Positions 8,878-17,051 of a stretch of DNA of 41,825 nucleotides are shown piece after piece. The stretch's first letter is position 1. Every line of letters starts with the position of its first letter. This DNA comes from a virus. Lineage: Duplodnaviria > Caudoviricetes. The DNA lies in the IMG/VR virus record IMGVR_UViG_3300032318_001106, positions 1-41,825 of that record, one strand, 5' to 3'. The notes beneath the pieces were generated by a model, which made no database searches, was not told the origin of the DNA, and saw only the letters and a list, made by a program, of their open reading frames with translations. The position numbers were made by a program, and so were the translations under genes.

Positions 8878-9300
8878 ATGAAAAACGTGTATGAAATCTT
8901 TCAAGAGTTTGAAAACGCTGCTACCAAGAATGATAAGGTAGAAGTGCTAAGACGCAATGGCAACTATGCATTGCGAAGTGTTCTTCAAGGTACATTCGAT
9001 CCTAAGATTGAGTTTGTTGTTGAACGTGTACCATACTACAAGCCATCTGACTCACCTCCCGGTTTAGGATATACATCTATTCATCAAGAGTTGTCTAGAA
9101 TTTATTTGTTCATCAAGAACCACCCAAAAGCACCTGCGGGTCTAACTGATCAGCGACGTGAGCAACTTCTAATACAGATGCTAGAAGCGATGGAAAAAAA
9201 AGAAGCTGAAGTGTTCATGAATATGATAATGAAGAAACAGAAGGTAAAGGGACTAAACTCATCAATCGTTAAGGAAGCTTTTCCTGATCTTCTTCCATGA
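8878..9300 (+). CDS. Conserved T4-like hypothetical protein
   Basis: RREQLLIQMLE...EAFPDLL; typical position after rnh. Confidence 0.7.
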   Translation: MKNVYEIFQEFENAATKNDKVEVLRRNGNYALRSVLQGTFDPKIEFVVERVPYYKPSDSPPGLGYTSIHQELSRIYLFIKNHPKAPAGLTDQRREQLLIQMLEAMEKKEAEVFMNMIMKKQKVKGLNSSIVKEAFPDLLP

Positions 9301-9701
9301 CATCATCGTCCATCGATAAGTTTTTCACAAATAGTGAAAGCAAGATATACACACCAAGTAACAATGAGTGTATAGAATGGTTTCACATTCTGAATGAGAA
9401 TGTCTTTGATCAGAGTTTACCTGATCTAACATATATCGAAGTCGGTAGACGTAGAGGTGTTTGGGGTTACTATGAATATGAGTATGATGAAAAACAGTCA
9501 ATGTTCAAGACTTGCGGCATCAAACTTCACAATCGATATCCAGATCAAAGATTTTTCGTCGAAATCCTCGCACATGAACTTGTTCATCATCATCAAGCAA
9601 TATATAATGATGGTAGAATCAACCATGGACCAACATTCATGTCTTGGTCTCCAAAGCTAAGAAAGAAAGGCATTAAGCTAAGTAGGACATATGACAAATG
9701 A
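9297..9701 (+). CDS. SprT-like zinc metalloprotease
   Basis: LNENVF...LAHELVH...HGPTF. Confidence 0.75.
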   Translation: MTSSSIDKFFTNSESKIYTPSNNECIEWFHILNENVFDQSLPDLTYIEVGRRRGVWGYYEYEYDEKQSMFKTCGIKLHNRYPDQRFFVEILAHELVHHHQAIYNDGRINHGPTFMSWSPKLRKKGIKLSRTYDK

Positions 9702-9898
9702 AAAAGATCAGTAACAACCACAGTTTTTCAGAACACTTTGGCCACGAAGAACATGAGCCATATGACGGTCAAAAGAAAATCAAGAAGGTTTCTTCTGAGC
9801 ATATACAAAGACGACAGATCAGGAATTGGAAAAAGATCTGGTCAGAACACGAAAACGATTACGATGAGGTTGATGAGTTTTACGATGTCCGAAAGTAA
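9698..9898 (+). CDS. Hypothetical protein
   Basis: ATGA overlap; ORF track. Confidence 0.6.
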   Translation: MKKISNNHSFSEHFGHEEHEPYDGQKKIKKVSSEHIQRRQIRNWKKIWSEHENDYDEVDEFYDVRK

Positions 9899-9961
9899 AA
9901 TGTCCTAAAGTTAGCTAGAGCTAGACTATAGTGAAAAACTTGAGCTGAACCATAGAGAGGG

Positions 9962-10018
9962 TGCGTCGTTTTGTCGCACCCTTTTTCTATTGCTATTTCC
10001 AGAGAATGGGTATAGGAT
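9962..10018 (+). promoter_or_regulatory. Sigma70-like early promoter with upstream GCG-N-GTCGC palindrome (may double as terminator)
   Basis: TGCGTC-gtttt-GTCGCA 9962-9978; TTGCTA(9990)-17-TAGGAT(10013). Confidence 0.65.
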
Positions 10019-10046
10019 GCAATCAAGATGACAGGGAGACTAGAGC

Positions 10047-10685
10047 ATGGCTATTACCCAATCTTTCCGTGAGTATAATGCCGAGACCAAGTCTATGGTT
10101 GAGATCAAGAACACTTATGCTCAAGGTTGTGTTTTGCGTAAGTGGTATGGTAGCGTTCAAGTTATGTCTGACGTTTGGGAAACCAGCTTGTTTGCCCAAT
10201 ATTGGGATGAAGAAACAGCCACTGTCAAGGTCGTGAATTGGATCAATGAAGCGACGGTCGATGCTTCCGATGAAGTCATAGCTAAGGCTAAGCAATGGAT
10301 GTATAGTCAAGCTTATGACCGTATCCTCGATAAACGGGTACGTGAAGCCGCAGAAGAGGCCCAGCGGATTGTAAAAGGATCGCGGGTTAAAGTGGTTTCC
10401 GGTCGAACCGGCAAGGGTCTAGAAGGACCAGTAGTCGTCACCATCGAGAAGCCCTACCGCGCTGGATACCGCTCTTGGATTGAAACCAAAGTCGGTATTG
10501 CCAAGTCAGAGCTTATGGTTAAGGTTACTGGACGTAACGGAAAAACTTACGATAGTTACAAAGATATTGAATGGGTTTGGGCTCGCAATTGTCAGCTCCT
10601 TGAAATACCCTCCATCGACTTAGGAAGCATCAGGAAGAGCACAAAGGATGAGGCAGATAGGGAAATTGCGGGTTGTGGGTTCTGA
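10047..10685 (+). CDS. Hypothetical early protein (KOW/SH3-like segment)
   Basis: SD GGGAG; KGSRVKVVSGR segment. Confidence 0.7.
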   Translation: MAITQSFREYNAETKSMVEIKNTYAQGCVLRKWYGSVQVMSDVWETSLFAQYWDEETATVKVVNWINEATVDASDEVIAKAKQWMYSQAYDRILDKRVREAAEEAQRIVKGSRVKVVSGRTGKGLEGPVVVTIEKPYRAGYRSWIETKVGIAKSELMVKVTGRNGKTYDSYKDIEWVWARNCQLLEIPSIDLGSIRKSTKDEADREIAGCGF

Positions 10686-10821
10686 CCGTCCAGCCCGCTC
10701 CAATCCAGTGGCAAAAGCTTTAGCTTCACCATTGTTTCGAAGTCGTATGGTCAAGTCCAAGAAAGCATACTGTCGTAAAGCCAAGCCGAAGTTGTGTTGT
10801 AAAAATGCAACATTAGACTAA
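10648..10821 (+). CDS. 57-aa ArfA-like basic peptide (not in ORF track)
   Basis: MRQIGKLRVVGSDRPARSNPVAKALASPLFRSRMVKSKKAYCRKAKPKLCCKNATLD resembles the ArfA core [23 protein letters not shown]. Confidence 0.55.
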   Translation: MRQIGKLRVVGSDRPARSNPVAKALASPLFRSRMVKSKKAYCRKAKPKLCCKNATLD

Positions 10822-10879
10822 AGTCTAAGAAGCTTGGCAACAGATTTTTGTTGCACGGTCTGGAAATGCGTGCTAGGAT
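10795..10879 (+). promoter_or_regulatory. Sigma70-like promoter preceded by three palindromes
   Basis: TGTTGT-N6-GCAACA, TTAGACT-AA-AGTCTAA, GCAACA-N6-TGTTGC; TTGCAC(10851)-17-TAGGAT(10874). Confidence 0.65.
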
Positions 10880-10885
10880 GATTCC

Positions 10886-11203
10886 ATGATGAGAAGAAAG
10901 CGCAGACTAGACCGTAACCATATCGTCTATAGCTTGGCTGTAGGCAAACTGGAATACATAGGCGTGACCTATGTCCAGGATCGCTCTCCAGTCAAGTCCC
11001 TGCGTCGTCGGTGGTTGAAGCATGTCCAACGTGCTTTGACCGAGGACCACGATTGGCGGCTTTGTAAAGCGATTAGACGACATGGTGCCGAAGCTTTCAC
11101 TGTAGAAGTCCTAGAAGTGGTGCGTGGTAAAGCTCAAGCCCATGAACGTGAGCGTGAGTATATCCATACACTAAAACCGAAGCTAAACACCGACGTTCGT
11201 TAA
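10886..11203 (+). CDS. GIY-YIG nuclease-like protein
   Basis: IVYSL...YIGVT...RW..H...AIRRHG...FTVEVLE...ERE...LN. Confidence 0.7.
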   Translation: MMRRKRRLDRNHIVYSLAVGKLEYIGVTYVQDRSPVKSLRRRWLKHVQRALTEDHDWRLCKAIRRHGAEAFTVEVLEVVRGKAQAHEREREYIHTLKPKLNTDVR

Positions 11204-11212
11204 GGAGATAAC

Positions 11213-11425
11213 ATGAGCGACACCAAAGACACTGTGAACAAACTGTCCAAAGCCCTGGTCAAGCGCAAAGGCTACGCTTATGCCGCTGGCTATCTCGAAA
11301 GCACACTGGTTGATCTAATCGAACGATATGTCCCTGAGGATCGTAAGGTCATGCTCAAGATCGAGATGATGGCTACGGCTTGCGAGCTTGCTCTTGACAG
11401 TAAGAGTGATGCATCGGCCGCATAG
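11213..11425 (+). CDS. Hypothetical protein
   Basis: SD AAGGAG; YAYAAGYLES. Confidence 0.7.
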   Translation: MSDTKDTVNKLSKALVKRKGYAYAAGYLESTLVDLIERYVPEDRKVMLKIEMMATACELALDSKSDASAA

Positions 11426-11474
11426 CAGGTATGCGGAAAAAACATTTGTAATCTGATTCCGATTCGTGTAGGAT
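11409..11474 (+). promoter_or_regulatory. Sigma70-like promoter with tandem LysR-type boxes
   Basis: ATGC-N7-GCAT 11409-11423 and ATGC-N7-ACAT 11431-11445 abut TTGTAA(11446)-17-TAGGAT(11469). Confidence 0.6.
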
Positions 11475-11516
11475 GAATCGGTAATCAAGACACACATCAC
11501 ACACTGGAGATATATC

Positions 11517-12080
11517 ATGACTGTTTCCACAACTGACAAGCTCCGTATCGCTCGTACCAATATCCTTGTTGATCTTGCTGCCAAGAACGGTGGTAAAGTG
11601 ACTCCTGAAGTCCTTCTTGCCACTTGTGAAGGTAGTCAAAAGCTTTTGCTTAACATTCTCTGGAATGCTCGACGTTCTGGTTATGTGAATGTTGATCAGG
11701 TACGAAATGGTCGTAAGATTGAATACTGGGTTGTTACTGTGACTGGTGAAGTGCCGACTGTACCCGTTGCAGTAGTCAAGACTAAGATTGTAAAAACGAA
11801 AATCGAAAAGACTAAGGCTGAAAAGCCTGTTAAGGTCGCTAAGATCAAGTCCGTTATTGCTGAAGATCGTGAGCGTATCAAGGCTGCCAATCTTGCGAAG
11901 ATGAAAGCTGTTACCGCAAAGTTGAAGAAAGCCGCTGCGAAAAAGAAGAAAAAGAAGACTATTGTTGTTGATGACGTAGAAAAGACTTTCGGTTCAACTG
12001 GTGAAGTTGGTACCTCTTTCACCGTTGATGGTGGTTGGGACAGCATGGAAAATGTCAACGTTCGTGACTTCCTTCGTTAA
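11517..12080 (+). CDS. Lysine-rich putative DNA-binding protein (winged-helix-like N-terminus)
   Basis: SD GGAG; KTKI repeats; AAAKKKKKK; acidic C-terminus. Confidence 0.65.
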   Translation: MTVSTTDKLRIARTNILVDLAAKNGGKVTPEVLLATCEGSQKLLLNILWNARRSGYVNVDQVRNGRKIEYWVVTVTGEVPTVPVAVVKTKIVKTKIEKTKAEKPVKVAKIKSVIAEDRERIKAANLAKMKAVTAKLKKAAAKKKKKKTIVVDDVEKTFGSTGEVGTSFTVDGGWDSMENVNVRDFLR

Positions 12081-12092
12081 TAGGAGCTTCTG

Positions 12093-12653
12093 ATGATATA
12101 CGTTCCTACCGATGTTGAGAACGAGATAGGTTATAGAGATATGAAACAGCGTATTATCTTTATTGATATTGACGGACCGATTATCAACACACCATGTTAC
12201 TATGTTGATTCGTTCGCATCAATTCAGCGATCAGTGATGAATACACAAGCGATTGGATATATCAATCGACTTGCACTTCTAGCAGATGCTAAGATCGTTA
12301 CCAACTCCACACACAACTATCATACTGTGAAAGAGACGGATCGTAATCTTAGAGATGACTTACTTAGATGGGGTATGAAAGCATCATATATTCATGATGA
12401 TTGGCGCACTACATTTCCATGGCCTGATCTTGAGAGTGATCCTTTGTTTCCAACTCATCGACGCCTTCGCGGTATCATGAAGTGGGAGCAAAAGAATGGT
12501 GATGCTGATTGGATTGCGTTTGATGATGAGCCGTTTATTGTCAAGAGTGATCCTCGTTTGATGCATGTTGATTTTGATCGCGGCATCGACCATGATCTAT
12601 TCATGAAAGCGTGTAATCACTGGAAACTGAAACCAGAAGGTCTGATCGTATGA
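12093..12653 (+). CDS. HAD phosphatase, Swiss-Army-Knife RNA-repair-like type
   Basis: IIFIDIDGPI, IVTNST, WIAFDD, ending ...DFDRGI. Confidence 0.7.
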   Translation: MIYVPTDVENEIGYRDMKQRIIFIDIDGPIINTPCYYVDSFASIQRSVMNTQAIGYINRLALLADAKIVTNSTHNYHTVKETDRNLRDDLLRWGMKASYIHDDWRTTFPWPDLESDPLFPTHRRLRGIMKWEQKNGDADWIAFDDEPFIVKSDPRLMHVDFDRGIDHDLFMKACNHWKLKPEGLIV

Positions 12654-12810
12654 ATGACAACATCTTTAACTGTGTATGATATCAAGACTTCTATATTCAA
12701 CTTGAACAGAAGAAGAAGTGATGAACATCTTCTAAACGATGGCACTCTCGACTTATCTCTGATAATATCAAAAAATCTATAGAAAATTCAAATTTTGAAA
12801 GTTCAAGTTA

Positions 12811-12818
12811 TATAAATA
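12811..12818 (+). promoter_or_regulatory. T4-type late promoter
   Basis: Exact TATAAATA 35 bp upstream of ATG 12854. Confidence 0.8.
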
Positions 12819-12853
12819 TCATTGAAAAAGACACTATCAATAGGTCTAAGTAA

Positions 12854-13192
12854 ATGCCATTTAGGATCAACAATCTTGTCGTTTTAGACGATAATAGAAA
12901 TCTAACAAACGTTGGAAACGCATCACTTACAGGCTCGTTAAGAGTTAACGACCGTATTGTCGTAGATAATAATGGAAATCTAACAAACGTTGGAAACGCA
13001 TCATTTACAGGTACAGGTGCGATAAAGATACCGACAGGTTCAACCATACAACAACCAGCTTCTCCCGTTGTAGGCATGCTTCGTTATAACACAGATACAA
13101 ATAAAATCGAAGTCTATAATGGTACATCATTTGTTGCTGCTGGTGGTAGTTCCGGAGGATCGGCACTAGCATTTTACTTAGCTACAGCTTAA
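12854..13192 (+). CDS. Short tail-fibre-like structural protein
   Basis: IPTGSTxQQPxxPxxGMLRYNTDTNKIEVYNG fibre motif; GGSSGG linker; hydrophobic C-terminal end. Confidence 0.7.
   Translation: MPFRINNLVVLDDNRNLTNVGNASLTGSLRVNDRIVVDNNGNLTNVGNASFTGTGAIKIPTGSTIQQPASPVVGMLRYNTDTNKIEVYNGTSFVAAGGSSGGSALAFYLATA
12897..13003 (+). repeat. 29-bp perfect direct repeat, 78-bp period
   Basis: GAAATCTAACAAACGTTGGAAACGCATCA at 12897-12925 and 12975-13003 (NLTNVGNAS twice). Confidence 0.9.
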
Positions 13193-13210
13193 AAAAAGGA
13201 ATAATAAAAA

Positions 13211-14953
13211 ATGCCTGGAGGAAGATTTGCAAGCACCCTGATAGGACCATATGAAACATGTACTGTTTATGATAACACTTCAGGAGCTGCTGCTTCAATT
13301 ACGATCAACACCACATCAGTAGATGCTGGTGTTGATCATTGTATTGGTATTAAACTAACAAACCAAAACACATGTGTTCAATGTTCTACGACATATTCCA
13401 CTGGAACATTTTGTTATGCTTTACATAAAGACTTTGAGGTAGAAGCAAACAATAATTATATTGGTTTTGTCTGTAACTGTCTGAGTGATACTTGCTCAAG
13501 ACATTTAAATGAATTTTATATAAAGTCTAATGGTACATGTTGTAATGGAGCAGGTATAGGCAGATCACTTTCAAATAGAACAACTCCTATTCCTCATCTC
13601 GGTACGATTGGACCAGATCCAAACTGGTGTATAGGTGTTCTGCCTGTCATAACACATTGTTGTACCCTAGCTTTAATTAACTTAAGGTGCTTATGTATTT
13701 ATGGTGGAACTGTTTCAAATGAAACTCTATTAAACTGTATCTACAGTACACAATTAGGTATTGATGTTGCAGCATGTTGCGTTTCTAGTTATGGTCTATT
13801 TGGAACAAGTAACTGTGTAAACGGTAGTACCGCCGGTCTTTGTAATGGTTGTTCTGATATTGCAATTGATTATTGGAGTAGTGGTAGACCTGTGTTTTTT
13901 CTTCGACATGACTCAGCATCTTGTGCTGGTATGTTTAATTTATGTCAATGCACTATATTTTGCGGTCGAACTCAGACTTGCGTTCATTTTCCAGGTTATG
14001 TAGGATGTAGTTGCACTTTTATGGCGGCTTGCAGTGAAAGTTGGATTTGCCATGCATTGCAAGCGCCCAATGGTGCATATTGTTGTTCTTTATGTTGTTT
14101 GGGTGCATGTAGAGCATTTTTTGAAAGACAAATTTTTGCTGGATGTGGTATTGTGGCATATCAAGCTCCTCATTGCTGTAGATTTACTATGAAAACATAC
14201 ATTGATTTATCATGTGTAAATAGTACTACTGCATTTTTTGCTGACCCACTTTATATTTTTAATGTATCCTCTTATATTGGAGGTCCTGCTGTAGGATCCG
14301 CAATATTAGTTCCAGGAAATGACAACTTATCAACACTTAAATGGTTAACTTATAATCATTGTGACTTTAAGAATTATTTCATGTTATACAGTTGTTCAGG
14401 TAGTGGCAGTTTCAACGGTATATATTCTATTGATAGAACTCAATTAGCATCTCATCGTTGTATAAGAGATTGCATTAATCAATGCGGTTGTTTTTGTATT
14501 CCATCATGTGGAAGTTCTTTACCGGGTAATTTGTATACAAAGGTATCAAACATTCCTTCAATTTTATGTTGCATTTCTCCAACAAATTTTGTCAGCACAG
14601 TACCTGTCGCGACTGGTTTATGTGAATGGACAATGCACGCAGCGGACTTTTCAACCTTACCTCTACAATTCAGAAGATATATATCAAATGATTTAGTTAA
14701 TTGGTCTCAAGCATCAGCTTGTGTATCATATTCTGTTCTAAATAGTTGTGCATTTGTCGTTGGTAACACAAACACAATAAGATCAGTTACCAGTAACTAT
14801 GCAAATATTTGTAATTCTGGTATAATTGAATCAGCAGTAACAGGTCAAAATATTGAAAGAACAGGTATCGTTGTTTCCAATCAAGATAAAACTGTTATTC
14901 GAAATCTAAGCGATAAAGAAATTGCAGTTAACATTTGGGGCTATACAGAGTAG
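13211..14953 (+). CDS. Cys-rich putative virion protein (580 aa)
   Basis: About 53 Cys by hand count, many as CC/CxC; Cys-free C-terminus ERTGIVV...VNIWGYTE; SD AAGGA. Confidence 0.8.
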   Translation: MPGGRFASTLIGPYETCTVYDNTSGAAASITINTTSVDAGVDHCIGIKLTNQNTCVQCSTTYSTGTFCYALHKDFEVEANNNYIGFVCNCLSDTCSRHLNEFYIKSNGTCCNGAGIGRSLSNRTTPIPHLGTIGPDPNWCIGVLPVITHCCTLALINLRCLCIYGGTVSNETLLNCIYSTQLGIDVAACCVSSYGLFGTSNCVNGSTAGLCNGCSDIAIDYWSSGRPVFFLRHDSASCAGMFNLCQCTIFCGRTQTCVHFPGYVGCSCTFMAACSESWICHALQAPNGAYCCSLCCLGACRAFFERQIFAGCGIVAYQAPHCCRFTMKTYIDLSCVNSTTAFFADPLYIFNVSSYIGGPAVGSAILVPGNDNLSTLKWLTYNHCDFKNYFMLYSCSGSGSFNGIYSIDRTQLASHRCIRDCINQCGCFCIPSCGSSLPGNLYTKVSNIPSILCCISPTNFVSTVPVATGLCEWTMHAADFSTLPLQFRRYISNDLVNWSQASACVSYSVLNSCAFVVGNTNTIRSVTSNYANICNSGIIESAVTGQNIERTGIVVSNQDKTVIRNLSDKEIAVNIWGYTE

Positions 14954-14964
14954 GGATTTTAAAA

Positions 14965-15630
14965 ATGGCTCGCAATATAAGATTGAGCAGCAGTGGCTCA
15001 AGTTCAGGTGGAGTAACTTTACCACTTACTGCTTCTTTCGTTTGTCTACGTTCAAATAATTTTTTTGATAGTCAAAATAGAAAAATAAATAATTGGGTAG
15101 AAATAGCATGTTGTGTATGTTGGACAGGAGGAGCAGGTACAACTACATGTTTTAATTATCCATTCTGTTGTTATAGTGATGTTTGCTTCTATTTGGCTGG
15201 TCAAGGAGCAGCATCGTGTGTATCTACTGGATGTCTTTATTTTCTAGATCGTACAAATGGTGCACAATGTAATGCACCGATTTATCATTTTTTAAGTTTA
15301 TCAGGTAGTATTACTTGCAAAGTATGCTGTTATGACATACCTCTTTGCAGTCAATTTTGCAGTGCTAATATAGTATCTGGTAGATTTTTTCCAAACGGAG
15401 GTAATTACACAGGTATCGGTATAGGTTTTAATATTTTTCCAGGATATGATCCTGGATATTGTTACGTAACTCCATATACGTCACGTGGATTTATTCCAAC
15501 ATCTACTTGTGTATCTTGGGATAGACTATGTGGTTTTGCTTGGGTCAATTCTGCATCAGGTGGTGGTATTTATCCAGGCGGGTCAGTCAGTAACGCAATG
15601 TTTAAATTTTATGGTATACCTTGTGTTTAA
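14965..15630 (+). CDS. Cys-rich putative fibre/receptor-binding protein (221 aa)
   Basis: About 20 Cys; SSSGSSSGG linker; C-terminal FKFYGI. Confidence 0.75.
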   Translation: MARNIRLSSSGSSSGGVTLPLTASFVCLRSNNFFDSQNRKINNWVEIACCVCWTGGAGTTTCFNYPFCCYSDVCFYLAGQGAASCVSTGCLYFLDRTNGAQCNAPIYHFLSLSGSITCKVCCYDIPLCSQFCSANIVSGRFFPNGGNYTGIGIGFNIFPGYDPGYCYVTPYTSRGFIPTSTCVSWDRLCGFAWVNSASGGGIYPGGSVSNAMFKFYGIPCV

Positions 15631-15656
15631 TTTCTTGAAAAACTTTAAGGGTTAAA

Positions 15657-15977
15657 ATGAAACATTTAGTCTATAATTTAGAAGGATCTTTTGAGATAGA
15701 AGTTCCAGATCAAACAGAAGAAGAGATTGCAGCCGAAAAAGAAAGAAATGATAGAGATTATGAAAACGGAATAAGAATTTTTAGAAACTCTCTTTTAGCT
15801 GAATCAGACTGGACTCAATTATTAAATGCTCCTCTATCAACTGAAAAAATAAACGAGTGGTCAATTTATAGACAGTCACTTCGAGATATTACACTTCACG
15901 CAAATTGGCCACATCTAGAACACACAGATTGGCCAATTAATCCAAATGGATTTACAGGAATAATGGAACCACAATAA
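15657..15977 (+). CDS. Tail fibre assembly chaperone
   Basis: RNSLLAESDWTQL...WSIYRQSLRDIT...WP. Confidence 0.85.
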   Translation: MKHLVYNLEGSFEIEVPDQTEEEIAAEKERNDRDYENGIRIFRNSLLAESDWTQLLNAPLSTEKINEWSIYRQSLRDITLHANWPHLEHTDWPINPNGFTGIMEPQ

Positions 15978-16112
15978 ATATTCAATCAAAATAAATATAC
16001 TAAATTATATTACATGCTTAAAAGATAAGATGTAACTATTGAATAATTGTTATTCTATGATATAGTAATGATTATCGAAGACTTGAAATTGAAAGTGAGC
16101 AAGGAATAAAAA

Positions 16113-17048
16113 ATGAAAAAATCTTTTATTATTGATGGTGGAGCAGGTCGTGTAATATCAGCTATTCCAGCATTAATCAAGCACGTTAAAAATAATCCTC
16201 AACAAGAAACTAGAATATTTATTGGTGGATGGGATACTCTTCTATGGGGTATTCCAGAACTCCACAATATATCATATTCTATGGATGTCAAAGGTAACTT
16301 TGAAAAAGAGATCATGACATCAGACGTTATCATCTCTCCAGAACCTTACAGACTTCCTAGTTATTTTAAACAACAAAAATCATTAGTTCAAGCTTTTGAT
16401 GAAATCATTAATGAAACAAATGACCACAGTGATCTACAACCACCTACCCTCATCTTTAACAAGTCTGAAGAAAAAAGTGCCGCAAATTTAGTTGGACAAG
16501 TTAAAGCTCAGCAACAAAAACAGATTACAATTGTGATCCAACCTTTTGGAAGATCAGCCAATAGAGTTGATGATCGAGACATAATTGACGAGTCTTCTCG
16601 ATCAATTGAAAGCTCGGCTTATCTTAAGTTGGTAAAAAAGTTAGCTACCAAATATAACCTTATCTTTTTTGGTGAAGAACAATTATATGTACCTGGTGAT
16701 GACTTCACATTTAAAACTAAAGCCGATCTGAGAATGTGGGCAGCGATTATTGATGCAGCAGATTATTTTATTGGTTGTGACTCAGTTGGTCAACATATGG
16801 CCAGGTCTCGAAATATACCTGGAACTGTAGTTATTGGATCAACATTTGCGATCAACACAACATATCCAGAATATTTTAACATCTTTGAAAGACCTAACAC
16901 TCAAAAGATTTACTCTCCAATTCGTATCAGTGGTTTTGAAAGTCATTTAGCAGATAGGTATAATGATCTGTGTATGGACTATTCAGATTCAGATATCGAT
17001 AATTTGTATAAATCTATAGTATCAGATATTGGAAAAAAGGTGAAATAA
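16113..17048 (+). CDS. GT-B glycosyltransferase, GT9 (heptosyltransferase)-like
   Basis: GGAGRVISAIP, IVIQPFG, DLRMWAAII, FIGCDSVGQHMA, VVIGST. Confidence 0.8.
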   Translation: MKKSFIIDGGAGRVISAIPALIKHVKNNPQQETRIFIGGWDTLLWGIPELHNISYSMDVKGNFEKEIMTSDVIISPEPYRLPSYFKQQKSLVQAFDEIINETNDHSDLQPPTLIFNKSEEKSAANLVGQVKAQQQKQITIVIQPFGRSANRVDDRDIIDESSRSIESSAYLKLVKKLATKYNLIFFGEEQLYVPGDDFTFKTKADLRMWAAIIDAADYFIGCDSVGQHMARSRNIPGTVVIGSTFAINTTYPEYFNIFERPNTQKIYSPIRISGFESHLADRYNDLCMDYSDSDIDNLYKSIVSDIGKKVK

Positions 17049-17051
17049 GAC

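Noticed and set aside
12650-12810. Short ORF fragments or pseudogene before the late promoter
   Set aside because: Only a 42-aa featureless frame and stop-interrupted frames; no recognisable homology.
13211-15630. Cys richness as a recoding artefact or DGR target
   Set aside because: Other genes translate normally with the standard code; no reverse transcriptase or template/variable repeat pair is seen in the window.
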